This document shows positions 1-9,962 of a DNA stretch of 47,943 nt, one piece after another. The stretch lies in assembly GCA_946407375.1 (NCBI GenBank), contig CAMJNS010000006.1, positions 1-47,943 on the forward strand, written 5' to 3'. The stretch comes from an uncultured bacterium. Lineage in GTDB: Bacteria > Muiribacteriota > Ozemobacteria > Ozemobacterales > Ozemobacteraceae. The notes below the pieces were generated by a model, which was given only the letters and a program-made list of their open reading frames with translations, was not told the DNA's origin and made no database searches. How positions within the stretch are numbered: the stretch's first letter is position 1; every line of letters starts with the position of its first letter. The translations under genes and the position numbers were made by a program.

Positions 1-1530
1 TTTAGGTAATTGAGTAACTGGAATTTTATCTAATTCTGCTTTGCTAAAAGCTTCTTTTAAATGTTTTATTTGCCATTTATTAAATATTGAAGTTAGATAT
101 AGCATTATCGCATAAATGCCAAGAATGGTAATTGGTTTTATATTGCCCACATAAAAATATAAACCTGGAATACTTTTTACGTATTCCAAAAAACTAATTA
201 GACTGTCTAATAAGACTGCTAAGCCAGAGGACAAATAAAGTGTTGATATTGAAAAGATAGAAAGAAAAGCTATAGCAAAGGAAATAGGTAAAATAATAGT
301 AAAAGACCAAAGAACTAATGGATTAACGAATAGGCTTGATAATGAAAGGGTTCCAAAAAGATAAGCAACCATTGGCATTGTGCCTAGATTTGCTGCAAAA
401 GTAACTGCTAGGTATCTATTCAATAGTTTTGGCAAATGTAATAAAGAAAGAATATATTCAAAAGGCTGTCTTAAAAAAATAATTGATAAAACGGCAGTAA
501 AGCTTAATATGAAAGCTGAATTTTTTAAATATGATGGGTCATACAATAGCATAAATAAAGCAGCTATAGAAATAGGTCTAATAGGAGAGGAACTAGATTC
601 CAAATGCATTATTGCTGCAAGAGAAATATACATTATTAAAGCTCTCCAGATAGATGGGCTTCCAACAGTGACCATCGCATAGAAAGCTAGAATAATAGAA
701 ATCATTACACTTCTAGATATTGGTGGTATTTTAAACCAATGCATTATAGAAGCCATTAAGAATATTAAAATCATAATATGCTGCCCGGAAATAGCTAGAA
801 CGTGGCTTATTCCGGTTTCTGTAAATATGCTTTTGTCAAGGATTTTACTTGTATCACCTAATATGAAACCATTTACAATAGCAGATTGTTCTTCATTTAA
901 AGCCTTATTAATTCCTGTTCTGATGCTTGCTTGTAATTTCTTTGCGTTAGTTAATATCGAAAGCTTTTGTGGGTCAGAAATAGATGGTGAATAACTTAAA
1001 GTGGCAACTTCAAAAACGGGAGCTTTATTAAAAGAAATAACTTTTAATTTTCCTGCCAAGGAATAATATTGTTCGGGATAAAGTCTTTGACGATTAAGAA
1101 CAAATTGGCAATTAACTTTTGATGGTATGGCTACTCTTTTTTCATTTGTTGTATAGCTTACTTCTTTAAAAGTATATATAATTTTGTTTTTGTTCTGAAT
1201 ACTTGATTGTCCTGTATATCTTCCCTCAAGAACTCCTTGGGTATTATCTAAAGAAAGTAAATTAGAAAAATTATATTTTTCATCTTGACGTATAGCTCCA
1301 TAAAACATAGATGCGCTTAATGCAGCTACAAATAAAGTAATTGTTTTTGATTTGGGAGTTTGTATAAAAAATGATAAAGCAAAAAAAGCTAAAGAAATAC
1401 CTAGCCAAGCGATACACAATTCATTAGTAAAAGATTCAGATAATAATAATCCTGAAATAAATAAGGCAACAAAAATTGGTAGTATTTCAGGATAAGATTT
1501 AAATATTTTTGGTTCTGTATTTTTTTTCAT
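1..1530 (-). CDS. comEC: ComEC/Rec2 DNA uptake channel (runs off the left edge; absent from the ORF track)
   Basis: ATG at 1530 overlaps the comEA stop (ATGA). Translation begins MKKNTEPKIFKSYPEILPIFVALFISG, has many TM segments and carries the Competence-domain motif FTETGISHVLAISGQH near 780-825. The frame is still open at position 1. Confidence 0.9.
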   Translation of the reverse strand, partial: MKKNTEPKIFKSYPEILPIFVALFISGLLLSESFTNELCIAWLGISLAFFALSFFIQTPKSKTITLFVAALSASMFYGAIRQDEKYNFSNLLSLDNTQGVLEGRYTGQSSIQNKNKIIYTFKEVSYTTNEKRVAIPSKVNCQFVLNRQRLYPEQYYSLAGKLKVISFNKAPVFEVATLSYSPSISDPQKLSILTNAKKLQASIRTGINKALNEEQSAIVNGFILGDTSKILDKSIFTETGISHVLAISGQHIMILIFLMASIMHWFKIPPISRSVMISIILAFYAMVTVGSPSIWRALIMYISLAAIMHLESSSSPIRPISIAALFMLLYDPSYLKNSAFILSFTAVLSIIFLRQPFEYILSLLHLPKLLNRYLAVTFAANLGTMPMVAYLFGTLSLSSLFVNPLVLWSFTIILPISFAIAFLSIFSISTLYLSSGLAVLLDSLISFLEYVKSIPGLYFYVGNIKPITILGIYAIMLYLTSIFNKWQIKHLKEAFSKAELDKIPVTQLPK

Positions 1531-1958
1531 CTATCATTATTAGAATCAGAAGCATTTATTTGTATGCCTGCTTCTTTCAGTATATTAACTTGATTTGAAG
1601 AAATGCCCTTGATTCTATCTTGTAAATCACGCCAATCTACAAAAGGAGTTATTTCTCTTTCTTCTATTATTTGTTTTGCTTTTTTTTCGCCAATTCCAGG
1701 ACATACTAATAATTCTTCAAAGGAAGAGCTATTAATTATTACATAATTAGGTTTTGTTTTTCCAGTTCTAGATAGATTTTTTATTTCTATTTCATTATCA
1801 GGAGTAATATGTATTGCTAGTTGATCTTCACCCTGAACTGCTAAATCTTTTATAGAGATAGTAGCTGGTTCGGAAATCAAATAAATAATACCGCAAATAA
1901 TAACAATGGCGATAAGTATTCTAAAATGTATCTGTTCTTCTCTAGTTAGGAAAAACAA
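1527..1958 (-). CDS. comEA: ComEA family helix-hairpin-helix DNA receptor
   Basis: N-terminal TM plus INSSSFEELLVCPGIGEKKAKQIIEERE...IKGI HhH motifs. Start re-called to TTG at 1958 (MFFLTREEQ), which follows a GGAGG RBS; the ORF-track start was 2024. Confidence 0.85.
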   Translation of the reverse strand: MFFLTREEQIHFRILIAIVIICGIIYLISEPATISIKDLAVQGEDQLAIHITPDNEIEIKNLSRTGKTKPNYVIINSSSFEELLVCPGIGEKKAKQIIEEREITPFVDWRDLQDRIKGISSNQVNILKEAGIQINASDSNNDR

Positions 1959-2707
1959 ATTCGAATACCTCCATCCTCTTCTTTTAGTGATATTTGTTTG
2001 CCTTTTATGGCTTTGCCTATCCACTTTATTTTTGATAATTCAGAAATAGGATTGGCTTCATATATTTTACGAGAAAATACTTGCCAATGCCAACCACCTT
2101 TTTCAAGTGCTATTTTAACACAAAAGTATTCGCTAAAGCTTGATACTATTTCATTAATTGTAGGTAAAACTAAATTATCTTTTCCTATTAATGATGCTGA
2201 GAAGATTGGAATAAATGGTGATAAGCACAGATATATCAATTCCTTTTCATGAAGCTGTAAAGAAGGGGAGGGGGGAGCTTCTTTAAAAGCTTTCATAACA
2301 AGTGATAGGGCTTGTCTTGGGAAATTCCTGTCTAAAATTTGGTCTTTTAATTGTATTACTGCTTCTAACCAAGGAACAGGATTGAACAGATATTCAGATT
2401 TATTTTTATAAAAAGAATCATATAGTTTAGAAATCCATTTATATGATGGTTCTAATAGAGATTCTATTTCGTATTGCTTGTTTTGGTTTATACTTGCTAA
2501 TCGACAAGCATCTATTCCGTATTCGCATATTAAATCATCTTCAATAGGTAAGGATACAGAAAATGGATTTATCCAACCTGTTGGAGAATTACCTAGAAGT
2601 TGATTTAATCTTAAAATAAGATCAGAATCTAATTCTTTTTCAGAAAATAAAACAGGCCATTTTCTGACCTGTTTTTCTATAGACTGAGGGTTATATCTAA
2701 ATGTCAA
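1946..2707 (-). CDS. LeuRS-derived protein: N-terminal helix plus anticodon-binding/C-terminal domains, no catalytic core
   Basis: YNPQSIEKQVRKW resembles the LeuRS N-terminus. ICEYGIDACRL resembles post-KMSKS YGADxxRL, and LSPFIP resembles LxPFAPH. No HIGH or KMSKS motif in 253 aa. Sits in the leuS position upstream of comEA-comEC. Confidence 0.6.
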   Translation of the reverse strand: MTFRYNPQSIEKQVRKWPVLFSEKELDSDLILRLNQLLGNSPTGWINPFSVSLPIEDDLICEYGIDACRLASINQNKQYEIESLLEPSYKWISKLYDSFYKNKSEYLFNPVPWLEAVIQLKDQILDRNFPRQALSLVMKAFKEAPPSPSLQLHEKELIYLCLSPFIPIFSASLIGKDNLVLPTINEIVSSFSEYFCVKIALEKGGWHWQVFSRKIYEANPISELSKIKWIGKAIKGKQISLKEEDGGIRICFS

Positions 2708-3444
2708 TTACTTAATAAACTCCAAAGAAGTTTTGTTTTTTCATCTTCACCAGAAGCTGTTGTTATATCATATAATTGCTTTCTAGCTTCACTAATAAGA
2801 ATTGGTTCATCAAAAGACTTTCCACAAGCGATAAGGAATCGAACTTCAAATATGGTGTAGTCATAGTCAGAAGCTTCAACTGCTTTAGAACCTACTTTTA
2901 AAGATTCTTTAACTAATTCTTGATATTTTTCATCTGGCAAATTTTCAGTTTTAACATATTCTCTGTATTTGGCACAGAATTTATCAGCTTCTTCAGCTCT
3001 AGAAATAAAACTGTTTAATTCGTTTCTAGTGTCAACGTCTTCAATTTTTCCTATTTCATCTTTAGCTTTTTGTATCCAATCGGAAGCCGATTCAAGCTTA
3101 AAGAGATTGTCATAGGTTTCAGACTGGCAAATAAGAACTATTGCTGCATTTATGTCTTCTTTAGTTAAATAAGTATCACTAGCCACTTGTTTACGATAAA
3201 AATCTAGCATATCGCAAAAGGTTAAACGAGCATCTATTAAAGATAAATATGCGCGTTCAGGTTGCTTCTGGCTAAAATACACAAAAGCATCGTTCCACAA
3301 TTGAGTTTGTTTATCTTGAAGTTCTTTGCCGGAATTGTAGGCATAATTATAAGATAAAAAGCCACCTATAGCTAAAATAACTATCGAAACAACAAGTACT
3401 ACTGCTACTTTCCCGAATCGTTTATTTAGGTTAGTATTCTTCAT
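2704..3444 (-). CDS. Hypothetical membrane-anchored helical protein
   Basis: Single N-terminal TM followed by a helical region. Start re-called to ATG 3444 (MKNTNL); the ORF-track start was 3489. Confidence 0.7.
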   Translation of the reverse strand: MKNTNLNKRFGKVAVVLVVSIVILAIGGFLSYNYAYNSGKELQDKQTQLWNDAFVYFSQKQPERAYLSLIDARLTFCDMLDFYRKQVASDTYLTKEDINAAIVLICQSETYDNLFKLESASDWIQKAKDEIGKIEDVDTRNELNSFISRAEEADKFCAKYREYVKTENLPDEKYQELVKESLKVGSKAVEASDYDYTIFEVRFLIACGKSFDEPILISEARKQLYDITTASGEDEKTKLLWSLLSN

Positions 3445-4432
3445 CGTTATTCTCTTCCCCGTCAAAATCATTAACTTCAGTTTCATCACTCACGTCTGTT
3501 TGGATGTTTGCTGAATCTTCATGACGCATTTCTCTAGCTTGGTTAACAAACCAAAGTATAATTCCTTGAGCTCCATTTGCTCCATAGATAATCTGTTCAA
3601 GGAATTTATTGCTTTCTGGTATATTACCGAGCAATCTATTTGCGCCAGCTAAAATATACATAATTTCAAAAACACGAGATTGTGGAATGTTTTCTTTTGG
3701 AATTCTTGTTCCATCTGGCATAAAAGCATCATCAACACCAGTAGCTAGGTTGGTAATATTTAGAAAAGCTATAGCATCTTTTAAATAGGCAGTTTCAAAT
3801 GCTTTATATCTTGCTTTTAATTCTGGATCTTGAGTGTCATCGTAAGCATCACGGGCAGTCCAAGCTCCTTGTAAATATGTATAACCTAATATTCTATGGT
3901 TTGCTCTTCTAGCTTTATAACATATTGCTGCTAATTCCCAAGAACGTATTGCAGTTTCTAAATCCCCTTCTTTTTGTAATTCATTAACAGGTTTGCTTTT
4001 TTTCTTTAAATCCACTGCAACTCTGTCAAGAAGAGGCTTTATTTGTCTTAATATAGATATATTGACTGGTGTAAGTTCTTTTAGCTTTTCGGATTCAGCA
4101 TCTTTCCATATTTGCTGACCATTAGAAGCCGCTCTAATACGGTTTGCTGATTCCCATTGAGAACGGTGACTTTCGAGCAAAGCATGCTTTCTAGCTTCTT
4201 CCGCGGTCATAGAAGGACAGAAATACTTATCTTCCGCTGAATAAAAACAATTAGGACAAACGCAAACACTATAGTAACGAGGAGTTATGCCTCCAAGATA
4301 TGTTGGACGATAATCTATATCACGTTTATTTAAACTAAACTGTTTCTTTCTTAGATTATAGCGAGTGAAAGTTTTGCCACAGATAGGACATGCAATATTT
4401 TTAGGAATAAAAAGTTTATCATTTAAAGCCAT
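3431..4432 (-). CDS. DUF2225 family protein
   Basis: CPICGKTF, RDIDYRPTY and CPNCFYSA Zn-ribbon pattern, then TPR-like helices (YLQGAWTARD). Start re-called to MALNDKLF at 4432. Confidence 0.75.
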   Translation of the reverse strand: MALNDKLFIPKNIACPICGKTFTRYNLRKKQFSLNKRDIDYRPTYLGGITPRYYSVCVCPNCFYSAEDKYFCPSMTAEEARKHALLESHRSQWESANRIRAASNGQQIWKDAESEKLKELTPVNISILRQIKPLLDRVAVDLKKKSKPVNELQKEGDLETAIRSWELAAICYKARRANHRILGYTYLQGAWTARDAYDDTQDPELKARYKAFETAYLKDAIAFLNITNLATGVDDAFMPDGTRIPKENIPQSRVFEIMYILAGANRLLGNIPESNKFLEQIIYGANGAQGIILWFVNQAREMRHEDSANIQTDVSDETEVNDFDGEENNDEEY

Positions 4433-4526
4433 AAAAACACCATTCTGCATTAGTATTAAGTCACTAGTAGACAAAATACAGCATTTTAGTCTATTGTGCA
4501 ACTTTAATAATTTTATTATTAATTAT

Positions 4527-6554
4527 TTATTTAAGATTATCAATGTTGGTGTCGACCATCTGGCAAAGCTCAAATTCATTAATTATAGGTTTACCTAATT
4601 GAAGAGCTTTTGTCTTTTTGGTTGAAGTAAAGTTTTCACTTTCAAGGGAACCTATTACGAGATAATCTGTTTTTACCGAAACCGAACTTTTGATTTGCCC
4701 ACCAGTTGATTTTATTAGTTCTTCTAGTTTTCTTCTTGGAACCACAGCTTCGCCTGTAACTACAAAAGATTTACCTTCTAATTTATTGCTAGATTTGTTC
4801 GCTTCGAGTTCTTCTTTACTTGGACCAATCCACCAATTCTTTAGAGAAGAAAAGAAGGATTGATTATTGGGGTTATTAATAAAATCAACAATATTACTTG
4901 CAATTTTTTCTTGTACACCCTCAATGTTTTTTAGTTTATCAGGGGTGACAAGCAAAAATTCATCTAGAGATTGATGAACTGATTTAGCTATGGCTTCACT
5001 AACGACTGGTCCAACATTACTTATGCCTAAAGCAGAAATTAGTCTATATAAAGGTTTTTCTGCTGATTTTTTTATGCTGGAAACAATTTTTGAAGCAGAT
5101 TTTATACCCATTCTATCTACAGAAGCCAACTGAGCTTCTGTTAATTTTAATATGTCTTCAGGTTGATTTATGATTTTTGATTCTAATAAACGATCAACTA
5201 GCTGAGGACCGAAATTTTCTATTTCTAGTTGAGTAATAAAATGTGTTGTTCTTCTAGCTTTGACGCCAAAACAGTTTTCGTTATCGCATCTAACGATAGT
5301 GGAGCCATCTTCGTCGTCTTTTGCCGTTGTTGTTTTACCTCCACATATAGGGCATAATTCTGGAGGTTCAATTGGTTGCTCGTTTCCTGTTCTTTCTTCC
5401 TTTACAGAACCTACAACATAAGGAATAATATATGCTGCTTTTTCTACTAACAACAAATCGCCAAGCCTTATGTCTTTTTCCTTTATTTGATCTATATTGT
5501 GTAAACTTGCTCTAGATACAGTAGTGCCACAAAGCTCAACAGGTTCTATCCAGGCAACAGGCGTAATTCTTGACCGACCAACACGCCATTCAACTTTTAA
5601 TAATCTGGATTTAGCTCTAGGTTGTGGAAATTTATATGCTATTACCCAACGTGGGGCTTTAGCTGTAGTTCCTAGTTCTTCTTGTTTATCTAAATCATCA
5701 ATCTTCAATACGACGCCATCTATATCAAATGGTAGCTTTTGTCGTTCAACATCAATTCTATCTATAAAAGATCGAACTTCTTCTATTGAATTACATATTT
5801 GTATTTCCTGATTTAGTTTAAACCCCTGTGATTTTAAAAAATCTAAAGCTTCTGAGTGCTTTTTAAAGCCTAACTCTTTTGCTTGGGCTATTCCATAAAC
5901 CATTACGCCTAGCTTTCTTTCCGAGGCAACAGTAGGGTCTAAAGATTTGATAGTGCCGGATGTTAGGTTTCGACAATTTTTAAAAGGGTCTAAACCTTCT
6001 TTTATTCGTTTTTCGTTTAATTCTTCTAAAACTGCTTTAGGTGTATATATTTCCCCTCTGACATCTATGTCTAGATTGCTAGCTATACTTAGAGGAAGTG
6101 ATTTAATTGTTTTAACATTGCTAGTTATTAGATCTCCTTTTTGACCGTCTCCTCTAGTGGCTCCGTTTATTAATTGCCCATTATTGTAATTGAAAGAACC
6201 TGATACACCATCTATCTTTAATTCAGCAACAATTGGAAAAGGAGAACGATTTAACTGCTTTTCGCATCTTAATATCCAATCTGTTATATCGTTCAAAGAA
6301 TATGAGTTTTCTATGCTTAGCATAGGAACACGATGGGTTACTGAATCAAAAGAAGTTACAGCTCCGCCAACTCTTTGAGTAGGTGAATCTGGAGTAACTA
6401 ATTCAGGATGTTCTTTTTCTAATGCCTCAAGTTCCTTGAGTAACATATCAAATTCTGTATCAGATATTTCAGGATTAGATTCGACATAATACAGATATTC
6501 ATGTCTACGTATTTGTTTTCTTAAAGATTCAATTTTTTCTATTAATTCTTGCAT
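4527..6554 (-). CDS. ligA: NAD-dependent DNA ligase
   Basis: DSPTQRVGG, ELKIDG adenylation motif, TRGDG, DGVVLK, PRWVIAYKF, C4 Zn finger, HhH repeats and C-terminal BRCT. Confidence 0.98.
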   Translation of the reverse strand: MQELIEKIESLRKQIRRHEYLYYVESNPEISDTEFDMLLKELEALEKEHPELVTPDSPTQRVGGAVTSFDSVTHRVPMLSIENSYSLNDITDWILRCEKQLNRSPFPIVAELKIDGVSGSFNYNNGQLINGATRGDGQKGDLITSNVKTIKSLPLSIASNLDIDVRGEIYTPKAVLEELNEKRIKEGLDPFKNCRNLTSGTIKSLDPTVASERKLGVMVYGIAQAKELGFKKHSEALDFLKSQGFKLNQEIQICNSIEEVRSFIDRIDVERQKLPFDIDGVVLKIDDLDKQEELGTTAKAPRWVIAYKFPQPRAKSRLLKVEWRVGRSRITPVAWIEPVELCGTTVSRASLHNIDQIKEKDIRLGDLLLVEKAAYIIPYVVGSVKEERTGNEQPIEPPELCPICGGKTTTAKDDEDGSTIVRCDNENCFGVKARRTTHFITQLEIENFGPQLVDRLLESKIINQPEDILKLTEAQLASVDRMGIKSASKIVSSIKKSAEKPLYRLISALGISNVGPVVSEAIAKSVHQSLDEFLLVTPDKLKNIEGVQEKIASNIVDFINNPNNQSFFSSLKNWWIGPSKEELEANKSSNKLEGKSFVVTGEAVVPRRKLEELIKSTGGQIKSSVSVKTDYLVIGSLESENFTSTKKTKALQLGKPIINEFELCQMVDTNIDNLK

Positions 6555-6555
6555 T

Positions 6556-7818
6556 TTAATCCGCCGTTTGCAGGTTTATGAACTGAATACCACTATCAGT
6601 TCCAATCCAAAGCAATGTGATATTGTCTCCATCACCTTGTAACGCTAGTTTCCTGATATTTTCGGGCTTTTTCCCTGAAATGTCAGATATAATTTGAATT
6701 TGATTATTTCGTAATCGAGCTAGCCCATTAGAGGTTCCAAGCCAAATGGTATTTTTATGGTATACCATAGAATTAATATTATTGGATGGAAGTCCGTGAA
6801 GTTCAGAAAAACTAATCATTTCAGTAGAAAAATTACCAGGGAAATCTCTAAGTTTTGTGTTTATCATCATTAGACCGGTAGGTGTTCCTAACCAAATATT
6901 GCTTCCATCATAAATCATATCGTGTATAGGTCTAGAAATATAAGATTTAGCATGGTCAATGTTTTTCCAAGATCTTGGGTCAGCGGCTGGAAAAGCTAAA
7001 TTCAAAACGCTTAAACCATTGTCGTGAGTAACAGCGAGCCAATTGGAATGTGCAGGAATTGAATATCTTGCAATTTTAGTGCACCAAGAACTTCGCAAAC
7101 CGTTATTTGTAGTCGTTTTATCTAAAATATGGGCTGCATTATCTTCTGTAGAATTGTCTTCAGTTGTGTTGTCTGAAGTAATCCCATTTATAAGGTTATC
7201 TATTCTTGATGATTTAAAGAAAGCAACTCCCTTTTGTGTTGAAATCCAAAGCTGTTCTCCGTCCCATAAAACATCCCAAATCACATTTGAAGGCAATGGA
7301 AATGAATTTGTTTCATTTACGAATTTACCTGATTCGTTAAATCTACATATTCCAAATAAACTTCCTGCCCAAATATATTTCCCGTCTGATTCTATACAAG
7401 TGGCTTGGGAAAAAGGATATTTCCCATTCTCTTGGGTAAAAGCAGTTAATTCATCATTTTCGAGTTTATAAACGCCTTTTTCTGTTGCAATCCAAACTCT
7501 TTTGTATTGGTCTACTTTTATGTCATTGACGGGAGGTGTAGCTAGTATTTGACTGAAGGCTATAGATATATTTTTTTGCCCCCTGTTTTCAGCAGAAAAA
7601 TGTTTTATGCTTTCTAAAGTCTTTTTATTGCTATTTATTTGTGGAGTATTGCTAAAAGATTTATATTTCGAGATTTGCAAAGAGTCATTTTTTTTATGAT
7701 TTGTAGATTTAAATATAAAAACCAAAATTGCAATAACTAAAATAGTGACGAATATTGTTGTTGCAGTTTTATTGGTTGAAAAATATTTTTTTTTCTTTTC
7801 GTAAGGAGTATTAATCAA
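6556..7818 (-). CDS. Membrane-anchored beta-propeller protein (two-component regulator propeller-like repeats)
   Basis: N-terminal TM. Repeated WIAT/WAGS/WIST/WLGT/WIGT blades and GLPSNNINSM motifs. Confidence 0.8.
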   Translation of the reverse strand: MINTPYEKKKKYFSTNKTATTIFVTILVIAILVFIFKSTNHKKNDSLQISKYKSFSNTPQINSNKKTLESIKHFSAENRGQKNISIAFSQILATPPVNDIKVDQYKRVWIATEKGVYKLENDELTAFTQENGKYPFSQATCIESDGKYIWAGSLFGICRFNESGKFVNETNSFPLPSNVIWDVLWDGEQLWISTQKGVAFFKSSRIDNLINGITSDNTTEDNSTEDNAAHILDKTTTNNGLRSSWCTKIARYSIPAHSNWLAVTHDNGLSVLNLAFPAADPRSWKNIDHAKSYISRPIHDMIYDGSNIWLGTPTGLMMINTKLRDFPGNFSTEMISFSELHGLPSNNINSMVYHKNTIWLGTSNGLARLRNNQIQIISDISGKKPENIRKLALQGDGDNITLLWIGTDSGIQFINLQTAD

Positions 7819-8987
7819 AATAATTCCTCCATAGAAATAGGTATTGTTTGTCTTTCTTTTATGATAGCTATTTCCGCTGGTCTTACTTGGTTGCCATCAT
7901 TATCAAATCCACCAGAACCTATTATGCTATCCCAAACTTGAAGAGTTGCTAACGAATCTCTTAAATTAAGGTTGTTTTCTGGTATTGATTTTAAAGCTAA
8001 TGCTAATATCATAATCGATTCATAACCTGTAGCTGCATCAAAGTCGGCTTTATAGCCATAAGTTTCTTGGTATTCACTTAAGAAAGAATCAAATTTTTGT
8101 CCACCTGCTCTAGGATTATAAGGTAAAGTAGTAACAACAGATTCGGAATATGCTCCTGCAAGATGTAAAAATTCTCTAGAAGCGCATTGATTTGCTCCTA
8201 ATATAGGCTTATTAAAACCTATATCTTTAGCTTGTCTGACAATGAGAGCCGAATCTGCTGCTGGTGCCAATATTACTAATGAATCTGGTTTTGTCTTAAA
8301 TAAAGAGCCAAGATAATCTCTAAAGTTTATTGTTCCCTTGGGAAAAGATACTGCATTAGTAACTTGTTGAGAGTGTTTTGAACAGATTTCAATATACCTT
8401 TGGGCACTTTCTGCTCCATACAAATCGTTATCATAAATAATTGCAGGACGTTTAACTTGGTAACGATTGGAAGAATGGGCTGATAATGCTTCAAATTGAT
8501 GTTGGTCGTCTGTAATTGTTCTAAATGTATAAGCAGTGGCTTTTGCTGTTTCAAAATGGGTACAAATACCTGTTAAAAAAGGAATCAGAGCTTTTTCTGA
8601 AAGATATTGAATTATTCTGGTATCTTCTGAGCTGAAACCACCTACAATAATTGATACTTTATCTTTGTAAATCAAGTCTCTTGTTGCTTCTGCTGTATCT
8701 ATCTTATCACAGTCTTTTATTTTTAAAATTATATTCCCTTTATTAATTCCACCTAAATCATTAATATGTTTAACAGCCAGTTTTATGCCATTCAAGTGGC
8801 TTTGAGTTCTTGAAGAAAAATTGCCAGATAATGGTAAAACTATGCCTACCTTTATATTCTTACTGGAAAAATCAATAGAAAACACTATTAATAAAATAAT
8901 TACAGGTATAGTTAAAATCTGAAAACGGTCAAATTTCTTTAAATATCTTCTTATTTTTTTATATGATTTTTTTAATGTTGATTTCAT
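7815..8987 (-). CDS. LivK/LivJ-like periplasmic substrate-binding protein
   Basis: IKVGIVLPLSG, GIKLAVKHINDLGGI, YTFRT and DAATGYES motifs of the type I PBP fold; N-terminal TM anchor. Confidence 0.85.
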   Translation of the reverse strand: MKSTLKKSYKKIRRYLKKFDRFQILTIPVIILLIVFSIDFSSKNIKVGIVLPLSGNFSSRTQSHLNGIKLAVKHINDLGGINKGNIILKIKDCDKIDTAEATRDLIYKDKVSIIVGGFSSEDTRIIQYLSEKALIPFLTGICTHFETAKATAYTFRTITDDQHQFEALSAHSSNRYQVKRPAIIYDNDLYGAESAQRYIEICSKHSQQVTNAVSFPKGTINFRDYLGSLFKTKPDSLVILAPAADSALIVRQAKDIGFNKPILGANQCASREFLHLAGAYSESVVTTLPYNPRAGGQKFDSFLSEYQETYGYKADFDAATGYESIMILALALKSIPENNLNLRDSLATLQVWDSIIGSGGFDNDGNQVRPAEIAIIKERQTIPISMEELF

Positions 8988-9349
8988 ATACAGCTATTTT
9001 TAATATAGGTAAGAACAAGCATAAATAGCCCAACATAAAGAGCTAATGTGAAGAAATAAAGGAGTGCAAAGAATAAAAAAGGCAGTTCCTTGATTACCAT
9101 GTTGAAATATTCATTATCTACTTCCTTTATCACTGGTTCCATATTAGTAAGTTTATCGAATAGAAAGAAAATAACACCACCTAATCCGAAAAATCCAATT
9201 GCAAAACCAAACCCGGAAGCGAATACAGGGGTGTATTCGTTATTGGGAGCTGTAGTATATAATAAATAAGCTATTATTAAACTTAGGCATAGTGAAGAAC
9301 AAAACACCAACGATGCCCAAAATAGCCACTTCCAAATAAATTCTTTCAT
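8984..9349 (-). CDS. Hypothetical 3-TM membrane protein
   Basis: Three hydrophobic segments; GAGGA RBS; ATGA overlap with the next gene. Confidence 0.7.
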   Translation of the reverse strand: MKEFIWKWLFWASLVFCSSLCLSLIIAYLLYTTAPNNEYTPVFASGFGFAIGFFGLGGVIFFLFDKLTNMEPVIKEVDNEYFNMVIKELPFLFFALLYFFTLALYVGLFMLVLTYIKNSCI

Positions 9350-9459
9350 TCGATTTCCTCAAAATACTAATAAAAAATTTATACCATAAATGAAGCAATT
9401 TTTGTTAAAATTTATTATATCTTTATATATATAAATGGTATATATATTATTCTTAGTTT

Positions 9460-9942
9460 ATGGATAATTTTTCTAACTTATCAAATAGAACAAGAAAAAA
9501 TAAAGCTTATACGCTGCCTGAGCTATTAATAACAATATTGCTTTTGGCTATTCTTTTTACACTTGGAATTATAATGACATCTGGCTTTGATAATTCTAAG
9601 AAATTGAGAGATTATAGCATAGCCGTAGCATTAGCGCAGCAGGCAATAGAATTAGCTCGCTCCTCTCCTTTTGATATTCTTGACGATGAAGATGCTGGTT
9701 CTAACAGCTTAGAAGTTGATTTTAATTCTGTTAACGGTGAAAATGACTTAATCGTTCCTGATTATGATTCAGGTTTTACAAAATATCATAGATTAGTTGA
9801 AATACAAGATGTTAAATCATCTACTGACGATAAACGTTCCATTGGTTTAAAAACGATAAAAGTGACAGTTGAATGGAAGTCTAATGAAACAGGTAAAAAC
9901 GAAAAATTCGTAGTTAATTCAACTATCGCTGATATTAATTAA
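9460..9942 (+). CDS. Type IV pilin/pseudopilin-like protein (PilV-like)
   Basis: Class III signal RKNKA/YTLPELLITILLL with Glu at +5; C-terminal KTIKVTVEW strand. Confidence 0.8.
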   Translation: MDNFSNLSNRTRKNKAYTLPELLITILLLAILFTLGIIMTSGFDNSKKLRDYSIAVALAQQAIELARSSPFDILDDEDAGSNSLEVDFNSVNGENDLIVPDYDSGFTKYHRLVEIQDVKSSTDDKRSIGLKTIKVTVEWKSNETGKNEKFVVNSTIADIN

Positions 9943-9962
9943 GGTTTGAACTCTTTGTTGAT

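Noticed and set aside
380-682. 100-aa plus-strand ORF, and similar antisense ORFs inside ligA, BMP, ylqF, DUF3048 and others
   Set aside because: Antisense shadows of well-supported genes.
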